Source: Eubacteriales bacterium (lineage in GTDB: Bacteria > Bacillota > Clostridia > Oscillospirales > QAKW01). From it: a stretch of 64,000 bases of DNA. The stretch spans positions 4,136 through 68,135 of the forward strand of contig JAZQJG010000066.1 in NCBI GenBank assembly GCA_045541535.1, read 5' to 3'. Positions 1 through 10,052 of this stretch are shown here, in pieces. The first letter of the stretch is position 1; every line of letters starts with the position of its first letter. Both the position numbers and the translations under genes were made by a program. The notes below the pieces were generated by a model. It did not search any database. It was not told the origin of the DNA and saw only the letters and a program-made list of their open reading frames with translations.

Positions 1-573
1 GACGACCCCGCCCACAACTTGGGTCTCATCCGCATCGCCGCCGACGGTGAAACCGCCGAGCTGATGTGGGGATACACCGACGGCGGCAAGTTCACCAGTG
101 AACTGCCCGCCCATCTGATGAGCCATATGGCCCGTCTGGCCCAGGATCCCAATCACCGTGTTATTATGCACACCCATCCCACCCACACCCTGGCCATGAC
201 CCATATCCATCCCCTGAATGATAAAGAATTCACCCACACCATCTGGGAAACCTGCACCGAGTGCATCGTAGTCTTTCCCGACGGTATCGGTGTTCTGCCC
301 TGGATGGTCTGCGGCAACAACGAGATCGGTGAGGCCACTGCCAAAAAGATGGCCGAGTACCGCCTGGTGGTCTGGGGCCTGCACGGCATCTACGGCGCCG
401 GCAAGGATCTGGACGAAACCTTCGGTCTGATCGAAACCGTGGAAAAGGCCGCCCAGCTTTATATGCTCTACTGCCATATGCCCCACCTCAACACCATCCA
501 CGACGACGAGCTGGTGGCCGTGGCCGAGCACTTCGGCCTTGCCTACCGCAAAGACTTTTTAAACCTCAACTAA
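1..573 (+). CDS. rhaD: rhamnulose-1-phosphate aldolase, C-terminal ~190 aa (5' end cut by window edge)
   Basis: The frame is open from nt 1. Class II aldolase motifs VIMHTHPTH and TECIVVFPDGIGVLPWMVCG are present, and the tail LDETFGLIETVEKAAQ resembles E. coli RhaD as I recall it. Confidence 0.8.
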   Translation, partial: DDPAHNLGLIRIAADGETAELMWGYTDGGKFTSELPAHLMSHMARLAQDPNHRVIMHTHPTHTLAMTHIHPLNDKEFTHTIWETCTECIVVFPDGIGVLPWMVCGNNEIGEATAKKMAEYRLVVWGLHGIYGAGKDLDETFGLIETVEKAAQLYMLYCHMPHLNTIHDDELVAVAEHFGLAYRKDFLNLN

Positions 574-580
574 ACAAAAA

Positions 581-616
581 GGCGGCGCATTCTAAGGAAT
601 GCACCGCCCTTTTTTC
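581..616 (+). terminator. intrinsic terminator after rhaD
   Basis: 12-bp GC-rich stem ggcggcgcattc/gaatgcaccgcc (1 mismatch), followed by cttttttc. Confidence 0.7.
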
Positions 617-619
617 GTC

Positions 620-647
620 TTGACGAAAATTTTATTTAGTATATAAT
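620..647 (+). promoter_or_regulatory. sigma-A-like promoter (TTGACG-16 nt-TATAAT) for the ACT/UPF0210 pair
   Basis: Hexamers read directly from the sequence, ~35 nt upstream of the 682 start. Confidence 0.45.
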
Positions 648-681
648 AGAGATATATCATTTTACCAAAGGAGAACACAAA

Positions 682-951
682 ATGAGAGCAGTAATTACCG
701 TGGTCGGCAAGGACCGTGTGGGCATTTTGGCCAACGTCAGCGCCATTTGCGCTGAAAACGGCGTGAACATTGAGGACGTGACCCAGTCGGTTATGCAGGA
801 CACCTTTTGTATGATCATGATGGCGGACATCGAGCAGATGACCCAGCCCTTTGCCGAGTTTGCCAAACAACTGAAGGCCAAGGGCGAGGAGATGCATCTG
901 GTCATTCATTGTATGCACGAAGACATTTTTGATTCTATGCACAGAGTGTAA
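682..951 (+). CDS. ACT domain protein (UPF0237 family)
   Basis: 89 aa with [28 protein letters not shown], an ACT fold signature. It has the classic pairing with the UPF0210 gene downstream. Confidence 0.8.
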   Translation: MRAVITVVGKDRVGILANVSAICAENGVNIEDVTQSVMQDTFCMIMMADIEQMTQPFAEFAKQLKAKGEEMHLVIHCMHEDIFDSMHRV

Positions 952-962
952 AGGACGCCGCT

Positions 963-2321
963 ATGATTAATACCAACGATATTTTAGAAACCATTTCCAT
1001 GATCCGGCAGGAGCATCTGGACATCCGTACCGTCACCATCGGTATTTCCCTGCTGGATTGCATTGATCCCGATATTGACCGCGCCTGTGAAAAGGTGTAT
1101 CAGAAGATCACCCGCATCGCCAAAAATCACGTGGCTGTATGCAACGAGATCGCCGACGAGCTGGGTATTCCCATCATCAACAAGCGCATTTCTGTTACCC
1201 CCATCGCCATGCTGGCCGCCGCCTGCCCGGGCGACAATCCCGTAAAATTCGCCCTGACGCTGGAGAGGGCGGCAAGAGAGCTGGGGGTGAACTTTATCGG
1301 CGGCTACAGCGCTCTGGTGCAAAAGGGCTTTGCCCCCGGTGATCTGCGCCTGATCGAGAGCATTCCCGAGGCGCTGAGCGTGACCGATCATATTTGTTCT
1401 TCCGTCAATATCGGCTCCACCCGTGCCGGCATCAATATGGACGCCGTGCGCAAAATGGGTGAAATCGTGAAAAAGACCGCCGAGGTCACCGCCGACCGTA
1501 ATTGCATCGGCGCCGCCAAGCTGGTGGTATTTTGCAATGCGGTGGAGGACAACCCCTTTATGGCCGGCGCCTTCCACGGCGTGGGCGAGGCGGAATGCTG
1601 TATTAACGTGGGTGTCAGCGGCCCCGGTGTGGTCAAATCCGCTCTGGAAAAGCACAAGGGCGAGGATCTGTCTGCCGTAGCGGATTGTATCAAACGCACC
1701 GCCTTTAAGATCACCCGTGTGGGTCAACTGGTGGCCAACCGCGCCGCCCAGCGGCTGGGCATTCCCTTCGGCATTGTGGACCTTTCTCTGGCCCCCACCC
1801 CTGCGGTGGGTGACAGCGTGGCCCATATTCTGGAAGAAATGGGGCTGGAGACCTGCGGCGGCTGTGGCACCACGGCGGCCTTGGCCCTGCTCAACGACGC
1901 TGTGAAAAAGGGCGGCGTTATGGCCAGCAGCCACGTGGGCGGCCTGTCCGGCGCCTTTATCCCCGTAACGGAAGATGCGGGTATGATCGCCGCCGCCACC
2001 AGCGGCGCCCTGACCCTTGAAAAGCTGGAGGCTATGACCGCCGTATGCAGTGTGGGTCTGGATATGATCAACATTCCCGGTGACACCACTCCCGAGGTCA
2101 TCTCTGCCATCATCGCCGACGAAGCGGCCATCGGTATGGTCAATTCCAAAACCACCGCCGTCCGTGTGATTCCCGCCATCGGCAAGACCGTGGGCGACAC
2201 CCTATCCTTCGGCGGATTGCTGGGAGAGGGTCCCATTATGCCGGTCAACACCGCCTCCCCGGCCGAATTTATCCATCGCGGCGGTCGCATTCCTGCGCCC
2301 TTGCAGAGCTTGAAAAACTGA
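963..2321 (+). CDS. UPF0210 / PFL-like (DUF711) family protein
   Basis: 452 aa. The N-terminus [23 protein letters not shown] is typical of UPF0210, and the gene lies 12 nt after the ACT gene. Confidence 0.85.
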   Translation: MINTNDILETISMIRQEHLDIRTVTIGISLLDCIDPDIDRACEKVYQKITRIAKNHVAVCNEIADELGIPIINKRISVTPIAMLAAACPGDNPVKFALTLERAARELGVNFIGGYSALVQKGFAPGDLRLIESIPEALSVTDHICSSVNIGSTRAGINMDAVRKMGEIVKKTAEVTADRNCIGAAKLVVFCNAVEDNPFMAGAFHGVGEAECCINVGVSGPGVVKSALEKHKGEDLSAVADCIKRTAFKITRVGQLVANRAAQRLGIPFGIVDLSLAPTPAVGDSVAHILEEMGLETCGGCGTTAALALLNDAVKKGGVMASSHVGGLSGAFIPVTEDAGMIAAATSGALTLEKLEAMTAVCSVGLDMINIPGDTTPEVISAIIADEAAIGMVNSKTTAVRVIPAIGKTVGDTLSFGGLLGEGPIMPVNTASPAEFIHRGGRIPAPLQSLKN

Positions 2322-3277
2322 TGAGAGAAGTATCTTTTGAAGAGATCCGCGCCTTTTTATTCGGCGCGGTGGAAACGGAAATAAACGAGTGGGGTCTCTC
2401 CGCCCATCGCTTTACTGCAAAACAACGAGCCATCTGGTCGTCACTCAATGACTTTATGGGTGGCGGCGCCCGTTGTACCACCGGCGTGCGGCTGGACTTC
2501 CACACCGATGCCGACAAGGTGCGCTTTACCGTAGGGGGCGAAGACCTGCGGGAGCTGAACAGCGAAAAGAATTTTAAATTCGAGGTGCTGATCGACGGAC
2601 TGTTGTCCGATTGCGTCATCACCGAGCAGGGTGAGGTGGATGTGAAACTGCCCGAGGGCGAGCACCGCCTGACCTTTGCCTTCCCCAGCCACGTGCGGGG
2701 CTATCTGCGCCGAATGGAAATTGCAAAAGGCGCCACCCTCACCCCTCACGTATACAAGCAAAAAATCTTAATGCTGGGGGATTCCATCACCCAGGGCTGG
2801 CACTCCCGTTTTGATACCTTGTCCTACGCCTGGCGCACCGCTTTGGCGCTGGATGCCGATTTATTGTGTCACGGTGTGGGCGGCAGTTATTTCTACCCCG
2901 CCGATTTTGACGGGATGGGCTTTGCGCCGGATCTTGTCACCGTGGCCTACGGTTGCAACGATTACAGTACGGTACAAAGTGAGGAAGAACTGCGGAGCAA
3001 TATGGCGGCGTTTCTCACGCCCCTGTTTGCCGCCTTTCCCGATGCACGTAAGGTGGGTATTCTGCCCATTCCCCGTCTGTCCCAGAGCGGCGAAAAGCCA
3101 CTGGGCACCTTTGCCAACTGCCGCCGCATCATAAAGGAAGAATATGCGGCCCGCAACCTTGAAATCATCGACGGCTACGAACTGGTGCCGCCCCTTGGGG
3201 AGCTGTACACCGATCATCTCCATCCCAACGACATCGGCTTCAGCCTTTACGCCGAAAACTTACTAAAAAAACTCTGA
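2321..3277 (+). CDS. SGNH/GDSL family hydrolase
   Basis: Block I LMLGDSITQGW, block III GCNDY and block V DHLHPND are present. The start overlaps the upstream stop (TGATG). Confidence 0.75.
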   Translation: MREVSFEEIRAFLFGAVETEINEWGLSAHRFTAKQRAIWSSLNDFMGGGARCTTGVRLDFHTDADKVRFTVGGEDLRELNSEKNFKFEVLIDGLLSDCVITEQGEVDVKLPEGEHRLTFAFPSHVRGYLRRMEIAKGATLTPHVYKQKILMLGDSITQGWHSRFDTLSYAWRTALALDADLLCHGVGGSYFYPADFDGMGFAPDLVTVAYGCNDYSTVQSEEELRSNMAAFLTPLFAAFPDARKVGILPIPRLSQSGEKPLGTFANCRRIIKEEYAARNLEIIDGYELVPPLGELYTDHLHPNDIGFSLYAENLLKKL

Positions 3278-3286
3278 TCCGAGCCG

Positions 3287-3340
3287 CCAAAAAGTCGTTT
3301 CACCACAGTGAAAACCCTTAAAAAGAAAAAATGGTTTGTG
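3287..3340 (+). repeat. truncated copy (5' part) of the ~260-nt intergenic repeat family 1
   Basis: ccaaaaagtcgtttcaccacagtgaaaa...aaagaaaaaatggtttgtg matches the 5' ends of the copies at 13971 (+) and 31786 (-). Confidence 0.7.
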
Positions 3341-3370
3341 CGAATATACAAAGCACAAACCATTTTTATT
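3321..3370. terminator. bidirectional terminator between convergent genes
   Basis: 11-bp stem atggtttgtgc/gcacaaaccat, flanked by an A-tract on the left and a T-tract on the right. Confidence 0.6.
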
Positions 3371-3902
3371 ATTTTAAATCCTGAATTAAAGAACGGTAGG
3401 AGCGTTTGGTATTGCCATAGCCGATGAGGGTGTCTCCGTCGGCTTGGTACCAGCCGGTGTACCGTCCCCCTTGAATGCGGTAATAATCACCCGTTTGTCC
3501 CTCGGGACGGTACAAAAAGGCCACCACCTCGTCCCCTTTGTGAATTTCGGGGCAACCGGTGCAATCGTATTCATGGGTAAAGGTATAACCGCCGTCAATG
3601 CGCACTTTGACTTTTTCGTCGGCCTTGCCGCGCAGAGTGTTTGTTACCTGCAAGGTGTATTCGGTGTACAGCCAATCGTCCCCGGCGCCGCCGTCCTCAC
3701 GGATATTTTTGCCGCCATCTACAATCCTGCCGCGCACCACCAAATGACCTTTGGCGGTCAACTGATCGTAAGGAACGAGCGCGGAACAATCGTCCAGCGT
3801 GGCACGGGAGCGTAGCATGGGAGCGAAAATCAGACCCACGATCACCAGCAGTGCCACGACCGCTACAACGCCCACACTCCACCAAATTTTCTTTCGGCTC
3901 AT
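3369..3902 (-). CDS. hypothetical membrane-anchored protein (single N-terminal TM)
   Basis: 177-aa ORF with the hydrophobic N-terminus WWSVGVVAVVALLVIVGLIF. I recognise no family. Confidence 0.6.
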   Translation of the reverse strand: MSRKKIWWSVGVVAVVALLVIVGLIFAPMLRSRATLDDCSALVPYDQLTAKGHLVVRGRIVDGGKNIREDGGAGDDWLYTEYTLQVTNTLRGKADEKVKVRIDGGYTFTHEYDCTGCPEIHKGDEVVAFLYRPEGQTGDYYRIQGGRYTGWYQADGDTLIGYGNTKRSYRSLIQDLK

Positions 3903-3919
3903 AACAAAGCCACCTCCCT

Positions 3920-4981
3920 CTATTCTCTTTCAAGTTGGTTTTGAATATACGCTAAGGTTTCCCCGTCCCGTACCAGATGGCCGTACTTTTGCAGATAGGC
4001 CTTCAAAAGGGGCCAAACGGGCGCCTTGGGTGTGGGGGAAACACGGCGGGCAAAATTGTCCCTGCAAATTTTGCGGCACACCTCGTCGGGCAGATTCAGG
4101 CCTTTAAAGCGCAGGCCCCACTGCTCCATTTCCTCCCCGGTGGTGAGAAAACGGTAGACGGTGTCGTATTTCACCATACAGCCCTCCATCAGTTTTTGAT
4201 TATGGGCGTCGGTGCCAAATTCAATACGATCCTGATATTTGATAAAGAATTCTCGCCAGTAGGCGAGATCCTTGCCGAAGTTGCCGTACATTTCGCATCC
4301 CGGTGTGAGGTCCACGTTGACGTTGGGATAGGTGTCAAAGAGCTTTGCCAGTCGCTCCCCGTCTGCCGACAGGAAGAAAAAGTGAGCCAAAGTCACCTTT
4401 AGATTGGGGTGACGCTCCAGCACGGTGTACACCTGACGGTAAAATTCTTCCTTGGGCGGGAAGGTGCCATCCACGTAGGCCCACCCTGCATCGATGGCGG
4501 TTTGGGTCACCTTGTCGGGGTCCCAGAATTCCTCGGGGTCTGCCACGTGCCACAGCAGATGAGTGCCGTCTGCCTCCACCGCCGCCAAAAAGGGCTCGTA
4601 AAATTCATCGTCCAGCGGCAATTTGGTTTGCTTTTGCTCGGTGGGTTTGGTTTCCAGCATCTTAATACCGTCACAACCCATGGCCATCAGCTCTCTGTAC
4701 TGGGTCAGAGGGTCAAAACCCTCCCCGGCACCGGTAACGGGAAACTGTTCGTAACCGAGGGCGCCGTGAACAAAGACGTTGTCAAACTTTTCCTTGGCCA
4801 GCATTCCCAACATATTCAGCCCCACGTCCCACTCGGTGGTGGCCAGCGCCGCCACGTTGAGTCCCGCCACGTCGGTGCGTTTTAAGTACTCCTCCAAATG
4901 GTCCAGATAGTGGCCGCCGTCCTTATTGATCATTTTTTCGGTATGATAATGTCCGTCAATAACGGGAAACTGTCGCCCCAT
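3920..4981 (-). CDS. amidohydrolase family protein (metal-dependent hydrolase)
   Basis: IDGHYH metal-binding start motif. I chose the ATG at 4981 (MGRQFPV) because GGGGAG lies 6 nt upstream; the ORF is open back to 5011. Confidence 0.7.
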   Translation of the reverse strand: MGRQFPVIDGHYHTEKMINKDGGHYLDHLEEYLKRTDVAGLNVAALATTEWDVGLNMLGMLAKEKFDNVFVHGALGYEQFPVTGAGEGFDPLTQYRELMAMGCDGIKMLETKPTEQKQTKLPLDDEFYEPFLAAVEADGTHLLWHVADPEEFWDPDKVTQTAIDAGWAYVDGTFPPKEEFYRQVYTVLERHPNLKVTLAHFFFLSADGERLAKLFDTYPNVNVDLTPGCEMYGNFGKDLAYWREFFIKYQDRIEFGTDAHNQKLMEGCMVKYDTVYRFLTTGEEMEQWGLRFKGLNLPDEVCRKICRDNFARRVSPTPKAPVWPLLKAYLQKYGHLVRDGETLAYIQNQLERE

Positions 4982-5034
4982 AGTCTTCTCCCCCGATTTT
5001 TTCTTTATCATATCACAGTTTTTCCTTTATAGCA

Positions 5035-5066
5035 ACAAAAAAGAGAGCCGTACGGCTCTCTTTTTT
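5035..5066. terminator. hairpin terminator downstream of the GH16 gene
   Basis: gagagccg-ta-cggctctc with A-tract and T-tract flanks. Confidence 0.5.
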
Positions 5067-5886
5067 ACGGTTTTTTCTTAAAAACACGGATATGGTCAAC
5101 GAGAAAGACGTCGCCGGCGCGGGCGGCGGCAAAGGCCTCCTCGGTGGGCAGATGCTCCGCCTTGCGATACCCCTTCATCTCGGTGGAAATGAGGATAAAC
5201 TGGGGGGTGTGAGACACAAATTCATCAATATGCCCGTCCTCCTTGCCGTCAATATAATAGGTATATCCCGTATCGTCCCACTCAAGGCCGAAGGTGTGCC
5301 ACTCTTTTTCGTCCACCGTTCCGCCGCCCACCTTGCGGCGCTGCATATCCTGCCCATAGCCACCGGTAAAGGCGTTGTGCGCGGCGATCTCGCCGGGATG
5401 GAAGGATTCCATAATATCAATTTCGGTGCCGGTTTTGGCGGGATCAAGGGAGGCGCCGATGATGGGACTCTGGAGCCAAAAAGCGCTCCACCAGCCCTCC
5501 ATCTGTTGCAGCTTGCACCGGCATTCAAAATAGCCGTGGCACTGCAAAAACTTGTCTTTTTCCAGCTTGCCGATGTTCCATTGCAGATGATCGTGACCAA
5601 AGGTGGTTTCCTTGACGGGGGCATCCATAAAATTGTGCCCCGTCTGCAGTTGGGAGGATACGGGACGGCCGTCCTCCATCATCGCAGTAAACACACAGTT
5701 GCCCTTGCCGTCCAGATGCACCCCCTTGTCGGTCCAAGCGGGATGCTCCTTTCCCATCATACTCAGACGGTAGTCCCATTTGCTCTCGTCCAGTTCCGTG
5801 CCGTCAAACTCATCACTGAACGTCAGCTCCCATTCCCCCTCGGGAAGCAGGCTGGGAGCGTGATCCTTTACAACATATTCTTTCAT
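5065..5886 (-). CDS. glycoside hydrolase family 16 protein
   Basis: Catalytic EIDIME (ExDxxE) motif within a beta-jelly-roll-like sequence of 273 aa. Confidence 0.8.
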   Translation of the reverse strand: MKEYVVKDHAPSLLPEGEWELTFSDEFDGTELDESKWDYRLSMMGKEHPAWTDKGVHLDGKGNCVFTAMMEDGRPVSSQLQTGHNFMDAPVKETTFGHDHLQWNIGKLEKDKFLQCHGYFECRCKLQQMEGWWSAFWLQSPIIGASLDPAKTGTEIDIMESFHPGEIAAHNAFTGGYGQDMQRRKVGGGTVDEKEWHTFGLEWDDTGYTYYIDGKEDGHIDEFVSHTPQFILISTEMKGYRKAEHLPTEEAFAAARAGDVFLVDHIRVFKKKP

Positions 5887-5904
5887 AGGTTTACTCCTCC
5901 ACTA

Positions 5905-5957
5905 TCTAAAAAGCCTTGTTTGTATCATCATAACACAAACAAGGCTCTTTTTTCTTT
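5905..5957. terminator. hairpin terminator after the 518-aa membrane protein gene
   Basis: 12-bp stem agccttgtttgt/acaaacaaggct with flanking A/T tracts. Confidence 0.55.
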
Positions 5958-5974
5958 TGAAAAACTATGTATTT

Positions 5975-7531
5975 TTAAGAGATTTTATCAGGATGGGCGG
6001 CATAATACTCTGCCAGCGTGATATATTCGATCTTTACGTCGTCCGGCGCCCCAAGGAAACGGCGGAAATTCCGCTTTTTGGCCATATATTTATGAACCTC
6101 CTCAGAGGTGCGGGGCCACCAGACGTATTTCTCATAGGGCCAGATAATGACCTCCACCGTGTCCTCACCTGCGGCCACCTGTTCGGCTACGTATGCCATT
6201 CGCTGGGCATCCACCTTGAAGATATAGCCGTAAATACTGGTCCAGAACAGACACAGCACGCAAACGGTGGCAAGCAAGCCCCCCATAGCGGGACGGGGGA
6301 TCCGCCAGTGCTCCGCCACCTCGGCAAAGAGCATACAGGCAATGAGGATCTGCACCACGTAGCCCGCAAAGAAATTGCGGGGACCGATGGGATTGACCAC
6401 GAACAGCGGCGCAATCATCACGCCGAGACTGCCGTACAGTGCCCAGACACGCACCCGCATCCGACCGTCGGAAGCGGTGAGCAATAACAATGCAAAGCAA
6501 CTGATCAGATAGGCCAGACCGCTGAGCACTTTAAAGGTTTCGGTATAGGTGCCCAGCACCTGCCAGGTGTAAGAGGCGCGGTGAACAAAATAGCCGGTAT
6601 GGATCCAATCGGTGACGTTGCAGGCGTAGACGGTGGCGTATACCGCCCACAAAAGATTGTACAGACACAACACCCGACAAACCAATGCCCGACGTCCCGA
6701 CATAGCAGGCAATTTGCGGCTGACAAACCAGATCAGCAGTACCGTTACCACCAAATTGAGCAAAGTGTTCTGGTACATACCGTACTGAAACACCGTGCCG
6801 GAACTGTCCACGATACCCTGCAACAGACCGCCGGCCAGACTGCGATAGCCGTCCTCACCGGCAGCCACCTTATAATATCCGCCATTGGAAAACATAATCA
6901 CGGCGCCAACCACACTGCCCAACAGCCAGGAAATACCCACACCGCTGAGCTTTTTACGGGAAAACCATACGAAGGCAACGGCGCTCACACCCAATACCAG
7001 ATTGAACACCGTCATATTTTCCATACAAAGGGCGGCTAAAACGGCCACCGGTCCCACCGTAAGGCAGAGGGCCGGCCCCCCTTTCCATTCGCCGTCCAGT
7101 GTCTTTTTCATACACAAGGCAAAGAACATTGCCGCCACCAGCGGGGGCACGTAGTTGAAAAATCCGGCGGCCCACACGATGGCCTGCTGCCAGATCTCCG
7201 CCGAGCAAAGCAATACCAATGCGGTACTGCCCACGGCAATGGTCATCCGCTTGCGATCGTTGAGAGCGGCCGTCAGGCCGATGAGTGCCGTCAGCAAGGC
7301 TCCCTCCAACAACGCCCGCAGGGGACGCACACGGGTAGCCACGATCTCCAGCATATTGCCCAGATACCGACCGTTGTAATCCTTAAACCCTTTGTTCAGC
7401 AAATTCATTCCGTGCTGAGTTCCCCAGGACCAATCGTCGCCGCTGTAAGGAAAGAGATAGCTGAGCAGGACGAAAAAGAGAAACAAAATGCCAAGATACA
7501 CCCACAAGGGCTTTTTACACAGCTTTTTCAT
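5975..7531 (-). CDS. polytopic integral membrane protein of unknown function (GT-C-like/DUF6056-like; tentative)
   Basis: 518 aa with more than 10 hydrophobic segments and an N-terminal YSGDDWSWG motif. An AGGAG RBS overlaps the cysS stop, and the gene starts 9 nt after it. Confidence 0.7.
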   Translation of the reverse strand: MKKLCKKPLWVYLGILFLFFVLLSYLFPYSGDDWSWGTQHGMNLLNKGFKDYNGRYLGNMLEIVATRVRPLRALLEGALLTALIGLTAALNDRKRMTIAVGSTALVLLCSAEIWQQAIVWAAGFFNYVPPLVAAMFFALCMKKTLDGEWKGGPALCLTVGPVAVLAALCMENMTVFNLVLGVSAVAFVWFSRKKLSGVGISWLLGSVVGAVIMFSNGGYYKVAAGEDGYRSLAGGLLQGIVDSSGTVFQYGMYQNTLLNLVVTVLLIWFVSRKLPAMSGRRALVCRVLCLYNLLWAVYATVYACNVTDWIHTGYFVHRASYTWQVLGTYTETFKVLSGLAYLISCFALLLLTASDGRMRVRVWALYGSLGVMIAPLFVVNPIGPRNFFAGYVVQILIACMLFAEVAEHWRIPRPAMGGLLATVCVLCLFWTSIYGYIFKVDAQRMAYVAEQVAAGEDTVEVIIWPYEKYVWWPRTSEEVHKYMAKKRNFRRFLGAPDDVKIEYITLAEYYAAHPDKIS

Positions 7532-7540
7532 AGTGTTCTC

Positions 7541-8935
7541 CTATTTTTTAATGAGAATCTTGGGACCGTCCTTGGTGTCCTCCACAATGACGCCCAAGGC
7601 GGTGAGCTGATCGCGGATCTCGTCGGCCTTGGCCCAATCCTTGGCGGCACGGGCGGCAGAGCGGGCCTCCACCAAAGCCATCACCTCGTCGGAAACCTCC
7701 ACCTTGCGTTCCTCTGTGAGTACACCCATCACGCCCGTCAGCTCCTCAAAGAGACCGAGCACCTTGGTAAGGAAGGCGGCGGAATGGGGCGCCTCCAGCG
7801 TGATATTGATCTGTTTTGCGAAATCAAAGAGCACGGAGATGGCGTCGGCGGTGTTGAGATCGTCGTCCATCCGCTCGCAGAATTTGTCACGGAAGGCCTC
7901 AAACAGAGCGATGTCCTCCCCGTCCTGCAATTTGGCGGTTTTGGCGTTTTTGATCTCATAGCGCAGATTGTCACGGGCGGTGTAGAGCCGCTCCAGACCG
8001 GCGGCCGCGCCCTCCAGCGCATCGGCGGAATAGTTGATGGGGGAACGGTAATGGGAGGTGAGCATAAAGAAACGGATGGTCTCGTAGCCGTAGGCGGCGG
8101 CCGCATCCCGCACGGTGAAGAAGTTGCCGGCGGATTTGCTCATCTTGCGATTATCAACGTTGATGTGTCCGTTATGGATCCAGTAGTTGGCAAATTGCTG
8201 ACCGTTGGCCGCCTCGGACTGGGCGATCTCGTTTTCATGATGGGGGAACACCAGATCCACGCCGCCGCAATGGATATCAATGGTCTTACCCAAAAATTTG
8301 CCGGCCATAGCCGAGCACTCAATGTGCCAGCCGGGACGGCCCATACCCCAAGGAGACTCCCAGGCGGGCTCGCCGGGCTTTTGGGCCTTCCAGAGGGCGA
8401 AGTCCATGGGGTCCTCCTTACGCTCGTCCACACCAATACGGGCGCCGCTTTCCAGCTCGTCCAGGGGCAGGTGGGACAGCTTGCCGTACTCTTTGAATTT
8501 CTTGGTACGGTAATAAACGTCACCGTCCACCTCGTAGGCATAGCCCTTTTCCACCAAGGTAGACACCAGGTTAATGATATCGGTGATGCAGTCGGTGGCC
8601 TTGGGATGCACGGTGGCGGCCCGCACGCCCAAGCCCTTGGCATCGGTAAAATATTCCTCAATATACTTTTCACCCAACTCCTTGACGGTGATGCCCAGAT
8701 CGTTGGCCTTGTTGATCATCTTGTCGTCAATGTCGGTAAAGTTTTGCACGAAGCGCACCTTTTTGCCCCGATACTCAAAATATCTGCGCAACAGATCAAA
8801 GGTGATAAAGGGGCGGGCGTTGCCGATGTGAAAGAGATTGTATACCGTGGGACCGCAGGCATAAATGGTGACGGTACCGGGCTTGATCTCCTTAAATTCT
8901 TCCTTTTGACGGGTGAGTGTATTAAACAGTTTCAT
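7541..8935 (-). CDS. cysS: cysteine--tRNA ligase
   Basis: [14 protein letters not shown].., HIGN (HIGH-type) and KMSKS motifs. The start is reset to the ATG at 8935; the upstream 75 codons of the listed ORF run through the cysE 3' end. Confidence 0.95.
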   Translation of the reverse strand: MKLFNTLTRQKEEFKEIKPGTVTIYACGPTVYNLFHIGNARPFITFDLLRRYFEYRGKKVRFVQNFTDIDDKMINKANDLGITVKELGEKYIEEYFTDAKGLGVRAATVHPKATDCITDIINLVSTLVEKGYAYEVDGDVYYRTKKFKEYGKLSHLPLDELESGARIGVDERKEDPMDFALWKAQKPGEPAWESPWGMGRPGWHIECSAMAGKFLGKTIDIHCGGVDLVFPHHENEIAQSEAANGQQFANYWIHNGHINVDNRKMSKSAGNFFTVRDAAAAYGYETIRFFMLTSHYRSPINYSADALEGAAAGLERLYTARDNLRYEIKNAKTAKLQDGEDIALFEAFRDKFCERMDDDLNTADAISVLFDFAKQINITLEAPHSAAFLTKVLGLFEELTGVMGVLTEERKVEVSDEVMALVEARSAARAAKDWAKADEIRDQLTALGVIVEDTKDGPKILIKK

Positions 8936-9569
8936 TTGACTTTTCCTCCAATTTTTTCTCCAAAGCCGCAATGCGTGCCTGCAGGCGGCAAATTTCTTGA
9001 CTGACGGGGTCGGCAAAATGGGTCTGGTCCAGTTTTTCCCGGGGCACCGATTTGCCGCCCAGACGCACCACTCTGGCAGGTACGCCCACCGCCGTGGCAT
9101 CGTCGGGAATGGGATCCAGCACCACGGCGCCTGCGGCGATCTTAACGTTGTTGCCCACACGGAAGGGGCCCAGAATCTTGGCGCCGGCGCCCACCATAAC
9201 GTTGTTGCCGAGGGTGGGATGACGCTTGCCGGTGTCCTTACCGGTGCCGCCCAGGGTCACCCCCTGATAGAGCACGCAGTTGTCCCCGATCTCGGCGGTC
9301 TCGCCGATGACCACGCCGGTGCCATGGTCAATAAACAGGCCCTTCCCGATGGTGGCGCCGGGATGAATCTCAATCCCCGTACGCCGTTTGGATCGCTCGC
9401 TGATCCAACGAGCCAAAAACCGAAACCCCATCTTGTGCAACCGATGGGCCAGACGGTAGGAACGTACCGCCTTAAACCCATTGTACAACAGCACGATCTC
9501 CAGCCAGCTACGGGCGGCGGGGTCGTTGTCCTTGACCACTTGGATTTCATATTTTAGGTTTTTGAACAT
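8922..9569 (-). CDS. cysE: serine O-acetyltransferase
   Basis: Hexapeptide-repeat region [44 protein letters not shown]. The start is the ATG at 9569 (MFKNLKY) after a GGAGAG RBS. It overlaps cysS by 14 nt. Confidence 0.9.
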   Translation of the reverse strand: MFKNLKYEIQVVKDNDPAARSWLEIVLLYNGFKAVRSYRLAHRLHKMGFRFLARWISERSKRRTGIEIHPGATIGKGLFIDHGTGVVIGETAEIGDNCVLYQGVTLGGTGKDTGKRHPTLGNNVMVGAGAKILGPFRVGNNVKIAAGAVVLDPIPDDATAVGVPARVVRLGGKSVPREKLDQTHFADPVSQEICRLQARIAALEKKLEEKSNETV

Positions 9570-9771
9570 ACATATCTCTCCTTTGGCAAAAAGAAATACA
9601 GAGTAAAGCGCATCTTCATTTCTTTTTGCCGCCTTGTTGCGTACAAAACAGTTGTTATTTTGGGGACGCACCATTTCACGTTCGCTCCCGCTCCGCTCAA
9701 AGGAACTTCCCCAAGGCTTAGCCGCTGACGCTCCAAGCCTGCATACCGAATCCGTGTGATCGTGGAGCCGC

Positions 9772-10009
9772 ACAAAAAGAAAGCGCCCCTTGACCGTTTG
9801 GGTCAAGAGGCGCAGAAAAATACGCGGTTCCACTCTCGTTTATCGCTTTTAAGGGAAAATAACGGTTCCACCCGTGGGACACTGCCGCATCCCCCGCTCC
9901 GCCGAACGCAATGCACGCTTCCACCTTTCACCGCGGCTCTCAGCCCTTGACCGCAGGCTCTCTTACAAAAGTGAGTGAAGCTGCCCTTTCGGAATCAACA
10001 CGTTTGTTC
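9772..10009 (-). promoter_or_regulatory. T-box leader (probable Cys specifier) with intrinsic terminator
   Basis: On the minus strand, the T-box motif AGAGTGGAACCGCG lies at 9823-9836. It is followed by the terminator gcgcctcttgaccc-aaac-ggtcaaggggcgc plus a U-tract (9772-9813). AGAGA and GCUGAGAG stem I elements are present. A UGC followed by A sits in a plausible specifier position (plus-strand 9913-9915). Confidence 0.75.
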
Positions 10010-10016
10010 TCTCTAT

Positions 10017-10045
10017 ATTATATGTGACTTTTTTAAAAAAAGCAA
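10017..10045 (-). promoter_or_regulatory. promoter of the T-box/cysES unit (TTGCTT-17-TATAAT on the minus strand)
   Basis: Hexamers read from the reverse complement, immediately downstream of the pgsA stop. Confidence 0.5.
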
Positions 10046-10052
10046 CAAAAAC

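Noticed and set aside
8936-9160. N-terminal 75 codons of the listed 539-aa cysS ORF. Similar 5' extensions exist for cysE (9570-9833), tilS (38760-38903), the ATPase (26640-26741), marR (53107-53331), the MFS gene (51746-51769) and the S1 gene (62704-62718).
   Set aside because: The extensions run through the upstream gene, the T-box leader, the riboswitch terminator or repeat DNA. Family similarity and good RBSs begin at the internal ATGs used in the feature table.
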